NCBI GenBank assembly: GCA_012026655.1
Contig: JAAILG010001215.1
Location: 1-64,000, forward strand
Source of the DNA: Hydrolagus affinis
Taxonomy: Eukaryota
Direction: 5' to 3'
DNA length: 64,000 bases
The notes beneath the pieces are model-generated. The model was not told where the DNA came from. It saw nothing but the letters and a program-made list of their open reading frames with translations, and ran no database searches. This document shows positions 1-11,243 of this stretch, piece by piece; positions within the stretch are counted from its first letter, which is position 1, and each line of letters starts with the position of its first letter. The position numbers and the translations under genes were made by a program.

Positions 1-439
1 TCCTCCAAACGTAAAATATAATTTTGTTGTTGTTGTTGTCAGGGATCAATATTACATTCACAAGTTGTGAAAGGAGAATGTTTTATGGTCCAAATGACCT
101 TTCTTCTTTCCACTTCTCTTACATTTAAACTGTGAGTAGGCATACCAGAACCTGCAAACAGAAACTCTTGATATTGTGAGCTCTCAGCAGTTGGAGCTGA
201 AAACCCCTAAGGGGCATGTAGTAAGGTTTCTTAGACATGTCAAACATTCGGCTGACAAAAAAACCATTGACATTGGCTGACAGTTCACAAGTATTTCTTT
301 AGGAATGATTGCAATGAAATACAAATGTTACACTACACGTTTCCATGTTAGAATATCTAAATATATATTTTTTAAAGGTTCAGTGTAACATTTGTATTTC
401 GGGCAATATTATAACTGAAATAGGATTCTAACTCAGGTT

Positions 440-1238
440 TCAGCATGGCTCAGTGGCAGCACGCTCACCTTTTGAGTCAGAAAGCCTCACATTCGGATTT
501 GAACTTGCATAGTCTATGCTGACACTCCAATGCAATGCTGGGGCTGTGTTGCATTGCTGGGGATGCAGACCTTCAGATGAGATGTAACTGAGATCTCATC
601 TGCCTGTTCAGGTGGACATTCAAGATTTAAAGAACAATTTGAAAAGAGAAGAGTTTCTCTCAGTGTTCTGGTCAACAAGCTTCCAGATAAAATTACTTCA
701 TAATTGTTTGTGGGACATTATTGTATGTAAATTGACTGCTGAGTTCACCTACAAAATACAAAGTTACTACACTTTCATGGAATCCTGTAGTTTTGTGATT
801 GGAGTACTCACCTTGCTAGTTAGAGGATCTGGGTTTGATTCATGGGCAAGGGCAAAACGGGTAAATTTCTTTACTCCACACGCCTCTGTTTCCCTAGCAG
901 TAAGGAGGACACCGGTTGTTAGTCAATTGGTGGATTGCTTTGCTGGGGGTAATAATGCCTTCAAATTAACTTATTCAATAATAATAGTTTAGTCATTGAA
1001 TCCACAACTGTTTGTGGAACCCGGCTGTGTGCAATTGGTCACTGTGTTTCACCCACAAAATATATAGAAAAATCACTTTACAGTATATTCTGTTGAGCAC
1101 TTTGAGATGTCTTGGAGATGTGATAAGGTGCTTTATTAAATGCAAAGATTATTCGTATTACCTTCAGTAAATCCTGTGAAGTACTTTGAGACACCCTCCT
1201 GATGTTGAAGTGCAATATATCAAATGCAAGGATGATTT
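440..1238 (+). mobile_element. DeuSINE (SacSINE1-like), interrupted by a younger SINE at 779-1152
   Basis: Head ggctcagtggcagcacgctcaccttttgagtcagaa; Deu-domain-like ccttcagatgagatgtaactgag...tctgcctgttcaggtggac. The tail resumes at ~1161 (cctgtgaagtactttgagac...caaatgcaagg). Confidence 0.75.
779..1152 (+). mobile_element. tRNA-derived SINE, long variant
   Basis: Degenerate A/B-box head, then ctccacacgcctctgtttccctagcagtaag body, then cagtatattctg...aaatgcaaagattatt tail. Homologous to 8 other headed copies in the window. Confidence 0.85.
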
Positions 1239-1793
1239 TAATTATGAACATTTTATTTTGAATATGAGTAAATCTTCTGGATGATTCATTCAATAATAAT
1301 ATTCCTTGCATTTGCTATAATGCCTTTCATGTCAAGAGGGCATCCCAAAGCACTTCATTAGAAACACTGTTTAGCGAGTGTGTATTCTGTGGATGAATGT
1401 TAACTTGTTAGTTTATTTACCTACCTGGGCAGGGACAGCATTGTGGTGTCCTAATCATATTTGGACTGTCATGCAAAGGTACGATATAAATAACTAGATA
1501 TCAGACATTTCCTTATAGTGAGGGAAAGAAAATCACTGAACTCACCCCATAGCAGTCAGAATGCAACATCCAGCAATTGGTTACAGAACAGCATTGGCAG
1601 GGGTTGGATTTTCATCTCAATCAGATAAAGTTGCTTGCTACAGCACAATACTGTAGGAAAAAAGTAGCTATATAAATAAGTTTTAAAAGAATGTACAATT
1701 AAACATTTGTGTTTTGGAGATTCCTATGATTCTATTTGTCTCACACTGATTAAAATCCAATTATATATTATTTGGAATATGAATACATCTTGT

Positions 1794-2093
1794 GGAGCCC
1801 TGTAGCTCAGTGGTTAGATACTCGCTTTGCAAGCGAGAGACCTGGTTTTGATTCCAGATAGGGCGAAACCTTGGGCAAGTTTCCCTACTCCACATGCCTG
1901 ATAATAATCCCTAACAAAAAAAAATTGGTCATTTCAATCCACAATTGTTTGTGGGACACTGCTGTGTGCAATTGGCTGTGGCGTTTTACCGCAAATATAC
2001 AGTCAATTAATTTTACAGTATATTCTGTGAGACGTCTAGAAGATGCGAAAAGTGCTATACCAAATGCAAGAATTATTATTAAGGATTATTATT
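1794..2093 (+). mobile_element. tRNA-derived SINE, short variant
   Basis: ggagccctgtagctcagtggttag (A box)...gggcaagtttccctactccaca...gctataccaaatgcaagaattattatt. Confidence 0.9.
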
Positions 2094-2738
2094 TTTATCT
2101 TCAGGGTGATTCTTCACTAGTACGTACCAGGATAGTGAGGGAGTATTATTCCCCACTTTTCCAATTATAAATGCACACTGCTGACATCAGCATATTTAAA
2201 ATCAAGCAGAATTCAAAATGTTTCTAGCAATAAGGTAGAAAATCTACCAAAAATATAATCCTCAAGTTTCTTTGATAGAGAGTTTCATATATATGCAGCT
2301 TCACAATCACATTTACATTAGCCTATATGCATGTCCTTATACACCCCCACCCCCTACCCAACTGGAACACATTCACACTTATCTACTGACCCACTCACTT
2401 TTTTTTCTAATCCATTTTTATTGTTTCCCAAAAACGTTACCATTTTTTTTCATGCAGTCACTGTGCATTGAGTTCAAGTGAAACTTTAAGAACATTTTGT
2501 GATGTACACTGATGCACTGAATGTTTAGAACACTGCACATTTTAGATGGAATTATGTATTGAAGAGGTCAATACACTTTGTTGGCTACTAACAGAAATTT
2601 CCACACATTGCAACCTTCACATGTATAGACATCTCTCTGCTTTGTCTGACATATGCTTACAGATACAGTACTGTACTATAATAATAATAGTCTGTCACTG
2701 TCTCACACATACACACACACCCAGATAAACAGTTGTAC

Positions 2739-2999
2739 TACAACAACAACAATAACTTGCATTTATATAACACCCTCCACGCCAGGCAGTGTCTATGAGT
2801 GCTTCACAATGTCAGAGCCTGAGGCCGAGCCATGGGGAGGGGGATGGTGACCATAAGCGCGATCGAAGAGAAAGGTCGTCAGATGCGATCTGAAAGGAGG
2901 GGTGAGTCGTAGGGATTGAGGGAGTTCCAAAGTTTTGGTGCATAGTGGCTGAATGAGTGGCTGCTGATGGTGGAGTGGAGGATTCGTGGGACAATGGAG
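2739..2999 (-). mobile_element. L2 LINE 3' fragment
   Basis: (CAA)n tail on the plus strand; minus-strand peptide FRSHLTTFLFDRAY matches the L2 ORF2 C-terminus seen in other copies. Confidence 0.8.
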
Positions 3000-3726
3000 G
3001 TACAAATACTGTACCATCATACTCTCTCATTCAGATACAAATATACACACCTCTCCACAATCTTTCTCAAAGTTACAGATCTTAGTTTTATCTCCTTGCT
3101 TACACACAGCTCCCGCTCACTCATAGATAGTCACTCACTTGGAATATTAGTTTTAGAAGAGAAATTTCTCCAATTTTTAGACCACTGCATTTAATCCTTC
3201 GGTGTATATTCCAATTGCACCATCTCGATGATTCTAAAGTTGTCTCCACTTGTACCTTTCTGCAGAATCCGCTGCCTTTTAATCCAAATGTGTCAGAGTT
3301 TCTGAAACGAATCAAATTATACTGTCAACATGGCACGAGTAGCTTATTTTGCACAGCTCTCAGTCGCCATGCTATTCTGAGTTCAGTGTCAATGAACAGA
3401 ACATCAATAAACCATTGCTCATTCTTTTCCTCAGTGTAATAGCACAAACATTTCCAACAGAATGAAAATAGCAGAGAAAAATTACAATGACCTAAACAAT
3501 GATATTGCGCTTTGAGTAACAGGACAACATGAACTTCCTTCAGATAAACCAATTTACATTTTGTGATACGTCTTAAAGATAAAAAGTTATCTGACAGTGC
3601 TATCTTCCATCTATTTTATCTACTAACTGTCAGTTCTACCTTGCACATTCAGTTTATATATAACACTTTTCTTTTTGCAGTAAATCAGCCTTAATCCTGG
3701 TGGAATTTTCAAGTATTTGTCTTTCA

Positions 3727-4169
3727 AGGGACAACTTTCTTCAGCTGAACGTTGGCAAGACTGAGGCCCTCCTGATTGGCTCTTGTCAGTGCCTCTGCAC
3801 CTCAGGAGCTAGACACTCTATCTCATGAAGCTAGTCAGGAACTTGGGTGTCCTGTTTGACCCTGAACTGTCCTTCCTCCCCCACATCTGCGCTATGACCC
3901 GCTCTGCTTTCCACCACCTCCGTAACATTGCCAGACTCCGCCACTGCCTCACCCCTCAGGCTGCCGAAACCATCTTCCATGCATTCATCACATCAAGGCT
4001 TGACTATGGAAATTCCTTTGTCAGCCTACCCAACTCTTCCCTTCACAAGCTGCAGATCATCCAGAAGTCTGCAGCTCGGGTCCTCTCTCGCACTAAGCTC
4101 CACGACCACATCACTCCCTCGTCTTCCCTACGTGAAAGGTGCTCTATAAATGTAATTTTGTTGTTGTTT
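3727..4169 (+). mobile_element. L2 LINE reverse-transcriptase C-terminal fragment, internally deleted
   Basis: RNLGVLFDPELSF...LRNIARLR...SRLDYGNS...DHITP, then a direct jump to the gtgaaaggtgctctataaatg(TTG)n tail. Confidence 0.92.
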
Positions 4170-4261
4170 CGAACTTTTGAAGTGTCTTATCATTAGGTGT
4201 ACATTACTTTTGCTGGTAATTTTTTTTAAATGATCATATCATAGGGCATTTTGAGATATAG

Positions 4262-4675
4262 AACAACAACAAATAACACTTATATAATACCCTTCACACT
4301 GGGTAGCGTCTCAGAGCACTTAGCAGCGGTGGAGCTTGACTCCAAGCCTGGTGGGAGGGGGTCGATGGGGGTGGTTGGAGAGAGGTGGCCTTAAACACAG
4401 TTGAAAGTGAAGGTTTTCAGGTGGGTTTTGTAAAGGGGGAGAGAGGGGACAAGGCGAAGGGATTAAGGGAGAGTGATTAGAGTTTGGGGGTGTAGCTACT
4501 GAAAGCACGACAACCTCCAATGGTGGTGCGGAGGGTGTGAGGGATGAGCAGAAGATTGGTGCCAGTTGAGTGGAGGCTTCAGGTGGTTTTGGGAGTGAGG
4601 AGGTTGGAGACATATGGGGTGCCAACGAGTGAGTGGATTTGAACACAAGTGTAAGGATCTTGAAGTTGAGATATA
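4262..4675 (-). mobile_element. L2 LINE 3' fragment
   Basis: (AAC)n tail at 4262; FKILTLVFKSTHSLAP on the minus strand. Confidence 0.8.
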
Positions 4676-4759
4676 AGGAATGTTTCTTCAGAATACCTGG
4701 GTCAAACATTGTGACATTTGATCTGTCCGTCCATCCGTCCGTCGGACGTCGGTCGGTCA

Positions 4760-5362
4760 AGTTCTGTAGCTTAATGGTTAGAGCACTCGCCTCACAAGTG
4801 AGAGAATCTGGGTTTGATTCCTGGCAGGGTGAAACATTGGGCAACTTTCCTTACTCCACATGCCTCTGTTCTACTAGCAGTCAGTAGGAACCCAGTTGTT
4901 AATTTATTAGCAGATAGTTTTTCCAGGGTGGAAATAATTTGGTCAACCAATTCACAACTGTTTGTTGGACAGTGCTGCTGAGGTTTGGCTGCTGCGTTTT
5001 GCCCATAAAATATACAGTCAATTCATTTTACTAACTTTACTACCCTCTAGAATTCTATCCCGCAGTCCCTCCACCTCTCCCCCTCCCTGGCCTCCTTCAA
5101 GTCCCGCCTCAAGACCTTCCTCGTTGATGGTCCTATTTGACACCCCAAATCCCCTGCTTTTCCTCCACCCTCCCTGATTCTGACTCCAGCTTGGGTCTGA
5201 AACATTGACTGTCCAGCACCTTGAGACATCCTCCGGATGTGAAAGGCGCTATACAAATGTAATTTTGTTGTTGTTGTTGTTGTTTACAGTATATTCTGTG
5301 AAACACTTTCAGATCAATAAGATGTAATAAGATGCTATAACACATGCAAGCATTATTATTAT
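4760..5362 (+). mobile_element. tRNA-derived SINE, long variant, split by an L2 insertion
   Basis: Head tgtagcttaatggttagagcactcgcc; body runs to ~5031; tail resumes at 5283 (tttacagtatattctgtgaa). Confidence 0.88.
5043..5282 (+). mobile_element. L2 LINE 3' fragment nested in a SINE
   Basis: ccttcaagtcccgcctcaagaccttcctc...gaaaggcgctatacaaatg(TTG)n, with tttac on both sides. Confidence 0.88.
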
Positions 5363-5949
5363 TAATTATATTATCTATCCAAATGGTTTGCCACTGGCAA
5401 GTATGCAAAGGAGTAAGGTAGCGCAATGGAAGAAAAATTTCAAGTGATTCAAACAAAATTCTTCACATTTATTTTGTTAAGGAGATTTTATTTCCTTTTC
5501 CTCCCAGTACTATTGTTTAGATTGTGCTGATGGGTTGCTAATTGTGACTGACAACCATCTGAGTACATTCTGATGCAGAACAAGCATTTTTAAAAAATCT
5601 GATGCAAATGTTTCTCTCTAGAATGCTAAAATTGTAATTTTATGAGTAATTATAAGAAAAATTGATAGTTCTTTCCTCCCTCCTATTTTCTCCTTCCTCC
5701 TCTCCTGAATGTAAGAAAATGTTAATTCAGAGCATTCACCTTCTGGCTGTTTGTGGGACATTGCTGTGAGCAATTTGCAGCCAAGTTCATCTACAAATTA
5801 CACAAAAACTGCAGTAATGGTAATTGCTGTAACACACTTTGAGACATTTTGGTGTTATAAGTGCTACAGCAAATGCAAGGATTATTATTGCTATTATTTT
5901 AAGATAATTTTTATTTTGGAGTCTAACGGTTTCAGGAATTTCAGGTCTC

Positions 5950-7960
5950 TAAGGAGCCTAAAACAAAAAGGACTGAAGTGTCCATTTAACCATTGTGGAA
6001 AATGAGAATTTTAGGCAGTCCAACATAAATGATGAAACACTATAAATCTCATCAGGAAGAAGGTGCACAGGTACTAGGGCAATTATTAAGGGTTGAGCAA
6101 TGCCTTGATTCATAAAAGCTATACAAAGGTCTGCAGAAAGATGTGATAGGGCATGAGGTAAATGAAGTCTAAGTGGTTTCACAGTGCTATAATGGCAATA
6201 CTCTGCAGAGCACCACATCAACGTGAGAAATTGCTAAACGTTCCAATAGCAACCGCTGATACTCATATAAGTACAAACTAGTACCACTGTCCACAGTGTC
6301 CTAGAAACACGTTGTGTTCAGCATCACAGGCTCTTTATCAAAGGAGTGGTATAGTAGTTGTCATTTCTTCCAGTTTGTAACTGGTAATTCTTGCTAATAA
6401 TGTCACACCTGATAGCAACCTGCTTGGGCTGAATTTTAACAGCCTGGCCAAGACTAAAAAGCAATATTACCAATGTATCACTTTGTGTAAATAAAAGTAA
6501 TTTAAAACAAGAGCAAGTGGAAACCATTTTGACCTGCAGAGTATTTGGCCATCTCAGTCTGTGATACAAGCAATACTGTTCACATCCAGATACACACTGC
6601 TTGTGCAGTTCTTTTAAAAGGAGTTGATTGATACAACTTGAATTGCTTTGGTTAGGATTTTGTTCCACAAAATCTACTACATAGTGTCTTCTAGCCTTTA
6701 ATATTTCTTGAGACTTGCTAAATGTTTGGTTTGGATACTATGTTTGGATGTTTGGTAAGTACAGTAATGGGTTTCTGCATGTATCAGACACCTGACTGAC
6801 CAAACAAAAAACCATGTAACTTTACTCACATCCATTCCTTCTCAGTACCTTATGGATCACTGTGATTTCTGAGATGCTGGAAAGCAAGAAGAATTAGCCC
6901 ACACTGCTCTTTTCCCAGGAATTTCAATGATCTAAACTGCTGTGAGAAAATCATGGCCCATCAGATAACTCATGGTTAATAAACACTCTTGTTCACAATC
7001 CACATTAGATTACAAACTGTCCAGGCATGTTACAGGAAAGTGACAAATATTCTGATTGAAAATAGTGGATAGTTACATTTTTAGAGACAAGTGCCTGCCA
7101 TGCCATAATCTTTCTTGCAAACCTCCGCTTCACAGTCGAAGAGAAAACTGGAAATCCCCAATTGTGAGGTCTATGATGTGTAACAAACTCAAATGTGCTG
7201 AGGGAATTTTTATACAATCAATAATAAAGTGTTGTTCACTGTAAAGCACGTTCCTCCGCACATTGTGTATAAGAGACACCATCATCTGGACATTGGATCC
7301 CTGGAAGAAAGAGCATAGTGCTCTACTCTCAGTCGTCTCTCCAGTAGCACTGATCTCCCACCATTATTTGTTGCAAATGGATCAAATTTTTCCTTAAGAG
7401 GAGCATTGTCCATCTGGGAAATCTACTCCACAAGGACCATTTCATGACATTTCAGCTTCTTGCCGTCTAGCTTCAAATCTTGCAAAGAGATTTCCTCAAC
7501 TACATCCAAATCTGGTATCGTATCCAACACCTCACCTTGTCCCAAGATACATCACAAAGAGGTACTTTTAGGTCAAGTGGTTTATAAAGCTACTTGCTCC
7601 CCACCACTGGCAAATTTCCTCTCTATAGTCTCAATAATTTCTGCTCTGTAGCCTCTGTAAGTTTTCATCTCTAGGCCTATAGAGTTTAATAGGTGCACAA
7701 TTAGGAATTGTGCACCCATTAAACAGGATAGGACTGCAGAGAGGTATGGAGCATGTTCCTCACTACTTCTGCATGGAATAGATATGAGATACACATTACC
7801 ATTACAGCCAGCCTCATTATGGGTAAAGATGCACAATGCTTCACACAATCTGGTGATGACCGGGCCTTCAGGCGTTCTGAAAGAAAACCCTTGAGGTCAC
7901 CAGAAGTATGATATGCTTCATTCCAGCCTGATTCCCTCAAGCTAAATGACTGGGATTTCC
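5950..7960 (-). pseudogene. Decayed coding-like region with cytidine-deaminase-like motifs (tentative)
   Basis: Overlapping minus-strand ORF remnants. Motifs FFQGSNVQ (7309-7286), SYTQCAEERAL (to 7242) and CEAEVC/RKIM (7134-7105) occur in CDA order but need frameshifts. Confidence 0.35.
7684..7724. repeat. Inverted repeat, 19-bp arms, 3-nt loop
   Basis: gtttaataggtgcacaatt-agg-aattgtgcacccattaaac, one mismatch. Confidence 0.95.
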
Positions 7961-7961
7961 C

Positions 7962-8264
7962 AATAATAATAATAATATTCCTTGCATTTGATACAGTGCT
8001 TTTCGCATCTTCTAGACATCTCAAATCGCTTCACAGAATATACTGTAAAGTGAATTGACTGTATATTTGTGGGCGAAACGCAGCAGCCAATTACGCACAG
8101 TAGTGTCCCACAAACTGTTATGAATTGAAATAACAAATTTCTTTTTTTTTTAGGGATTATTATTAGGCGTGTGGAGTGAGGAAACTTGCCCAAGGTTTCA
8201 CTCTGCCTGGATTCGAACACGGGTCTCACGCTTGTAAGGCGAGTGCTCTAACCACTGAGCTACA
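7962..8264 (-). mobile_element. tRNA-derived SINE, short variant
   Basis: Reverse complement of the family: (AAT)n tail at 7962; head gagtgctctaaccactgagctaca with intact B box ggattcgaac. Confidence 0.92.
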
Positions 8265-8323
8265 CTGCCAATAGACTTGGTTTTTATTAACCGACAGTGA
8301 CGAGTATATTTCTCACAGTGATC

Positions 8324-8689
8324 ATAATAACAACAATTATCCTTGAACTTGATATAGCACCTTATCACGTCTGTGAGAAATCTCAATGCGCTTCACAGAA
8401 TATACTGTAAAGTGAATTAACTATATTTTGTGGATGAAACGCGACAGCCAATTGCACACAACAGAATCCAACAAATAGTCATTGATTGAGTGACAATTTT
8501 TTCAAAGGGAATTATTCCCCTCAGAATAGCTATCAGTCAATCGATTAAAAAAACGGGTTCCTACTTACTGTTTGGTAAACAGAGGAGTGTGGAGTAAGGA
8601 AACTTGCCTAACATTTCTTCGAGCTGGGAATTGAGACCAGGTTTCTCCCTTGTGAGGTGAGTACTCTAACCACTGAGTTACAGGACTCC
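8324..8689 (-). mobile_element. tRNA-derived SINE, long variant
   Basis: Tail, then gggttcctacttactgtttggtaaacagagg internal segment, then head ctctaaccactgagttacaggactcc. Confidence 0.88.
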
Positions 8690-9371
8690 AATGGGGGTAT
8701 TTCCCACAGTGTTGGGGTGTATTTTTCACAGGGAGCTTATTTTTTGTTCATACCTCAATAGATATAAACTCTAAGGAATCACTAAAATTCCAATTGACTC
8801 AACATTAACTCTGCTCTGGAAGTAGTTTGTCTAAGTGATGTTTCGTGTATCAGTGAGTTGCTAATTTTAGTTATTAAAAAAGAAACCCTGTTTGTAAAAC
8901 TCAGATTCTTTATATAACACTTACCGGTAAGTTACAGAAGACATAGATTCAATGTTGCAAAGGGCAATGTTACAACAGGCACTAGGAAGTTTGTCTTGAC
9001 CTAGAAGATAATTAACAACTGCAACAGGTTGCTAGGAAGGATGCTTGAGGCAGGACACTGGAAAAATTAACTTAATGCTGTGGTGGTGGACTAACAGAGT
9101 GGGTATTCTGGAAGAATGAGAATAGGTGGGCTAAGATCCTTCTTCATCTAAACCAATGTTGTGATTTTGTAAAGCTCTTTTAAGAACTAGAGAAAATTGG
9201 CTTAAAAATTAATTCTGAATTCAACAATTTACTTAATTCTGAGCACTCGTACATGCTTTAGAAATAGAGTAAATCTAGACATGAGTAGAATTTCTGCCAT
9301 ACATACTGTAACATTGGATGACATCCTTCTGCAGGCTAATTTTTTTTTATCAGTGGTTTGTTTTTGTTACT

Positions 9372-9770
9372 ACAACAACAAAATTAAATCTGTATAATGC
9401 CTTTCAAGTCGGAAGGATATAGCAAGGCACTGGACAATTAGTATTTCAGACCCGAACTGGGATTGGGATCAGGGAGGGTGGAGGGAAGGGGGGAAAGGGG
9501 GATGACCAATGACATGGTCCAAGATTAGGGTCTTGAGGCATGTCTTGAAGGAGGTTAGGGAGGAAGTGAAATGGAGGGATTTCAGGATGGAATTCCAAAG
9601 GTTGGGGGCAGAGTGTTTGAACCCTCGCCTGCTGATGGTGGAGCGAGTGGGCTGGGAGACATGAAGCAGGCTGGTGTCTGCTGAGCAGACAGAACAAACA
9701 GGTTGGTAAGGGGTTAGGAGGTTGCAGAGGTAGGGTGGGCAACTACAGTTGTATAGAGCAAGAATCAAGT
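9372..9770 (-). mobile_element. L2 LINE 3' fragment
   Basis: PPYLCNLLTPYQP...APNLWNSI...FKTCLKT on the minus strand; (CAA)n tail. Confidence 0.88.
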
Positions 9771-10859
9771 TTATACTGACAGCTCCACATTTTCTTAAAT
9801 CATGCTGGTATTTATTTTGACAAAATGGTTTGCTAATAACTTTAATTGTGTTAAAAATGTTTCATATAAATTCTTGCATGACCTAAAACCTTTTAAAAAT
9901 GAACAGGAGAGCAAGCCCAATGCTATTCTCACCTGCTACATTTATGCTCTGAGACCCATTTAAACTGCACATTCAGTAGCGAATGAAAGATTTGATGGCT
10001 GTAGTACCATTGACCTGCTGCACATTACTGTTACCATTAGGGTTAGTTACACTGATAATCAAAATCATTGACACAAAGATCTCCAACACAGTTGATGCAG
10101 AGATGTATCATTTGTATGAACACTTGAGTACTGAAATGGTGCATGAGACACAAAGAAAGAGTGAGCGCGAGAGGGAACATGCTTATTTAAAAGGCCGACA
10201 ATTATCTCCTAACCCACGCAATCACAGCGACAAAGTCAGATGTGAAATGTTTTGTTCTACCACTGGAGTCCATTATGTCTGTATCCATTAAATTGGTTCA
10301 ACACCATGTTTATGTTCATCGTTTAAAAAGCAACACTCAAGACTTCTTATGCTGGGGATGTGCAACCGCTTTTACATGAAAAGAAACAACTAAATAAATA
10401 TGTCACAGGCAAGTACAGGGCCATCAGTTGTATAATTAATACTGCACATTTTATAGTTGTATCTTGGAAGTACAAATCCTATTTTTTCACAGTGAGGGCT
10501 ACACAAAATTACAGCTAAATCCTAATTTTCTAAAATCAAGAGGAAATCCAATAGTATGTACAAATTCTTGCAAACTCTTTTTTTTCACTTAAAATTTTTA
10601 CTTTTTGAATGATTTTTAGGCATTTATCCAGTGAAGAAGCATAAAATCTCCTCAGTCTAAATTGAAGGCCTTTCTGTTCCTCATGAACCATTCTCCGGGA
10701 CTCAGTTTAATGATTGTGCAAAAATAGATGTCAGTTGCTGCTCTGGATCAGAGAGATTGGTGTTAAAAATAGGATACTGAGAACTCAATCGATAATCAGT
10801 GAAATACTGTATCCAGAAAAATAAAAAATATATAGTCAGGCCTACTCCCATGTTTCCGG

Positions 10860-11243
10860 AAGGTTCAATTTGAAGATCCTCACCCTCATGTACAAATCCT
10901 TTCAAGCCCTGGAACCCTACCTCTCTGACCTGCAAATACCACCTCCTTTGCCTTCCCTCTTTGCTCAGCTTGCAGAGGCCTACTGAGTATCCGCTGCTCC
11001 CTCTGTTCTACTATCAGTGCTCTTGCCTTCAGCCACCAGACAACAACCTCTGGAACTCCCTGCCTCAATCTCTATTCAGCTAATTTTAATCCCATTTCAG
11101 ATTCACCTCTTTGACTATGCCTTCTGACACCTCTGCTTCCTACCTTGCTCAGCATCCAATCTCGCCACTCTATAATGCTCTGAGATTCTATCCTGTGTAA
11201 AGGGTACTATATAAATTCATTGATATTTTTGTTGTGGTTGTTG
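10860..11243 (+). mobile_element. L2 LINE 3' fragment (old)
   Basis: aatttgaagatcctcaccctcatgtacaaatcc...ctctggaactccctgcc...tail tataaattcattgatatttttgttg. Confidence 0.75.

Noticed and set aside
1794-1866. tRNA-like sequences at SINE heads (also 4760, 8264, 35087, 43913)
   Set aside because: Each runs straight into the shared SINE body and tail and has degenerate stems, so they are not tRNA genes.
4725-4757. CpG-rich ccgtccatccgtccgtcggacgtcggtcgg
   Set aside because: A short degenerate tetranucleotide microsatellite between two repeats.
5958-7217. Resemblance of WGFP, SSFMLDCLKF and DEIYSVSSF to mononegavirus L polymerase, and of TLQVKMV and LVILL to Schlafen
   Set aside because: Spacing is inconsistent and the diagnostic motifs (KEKE..GRxF and GDNQ; SWAVDL and Walker A) are absent.
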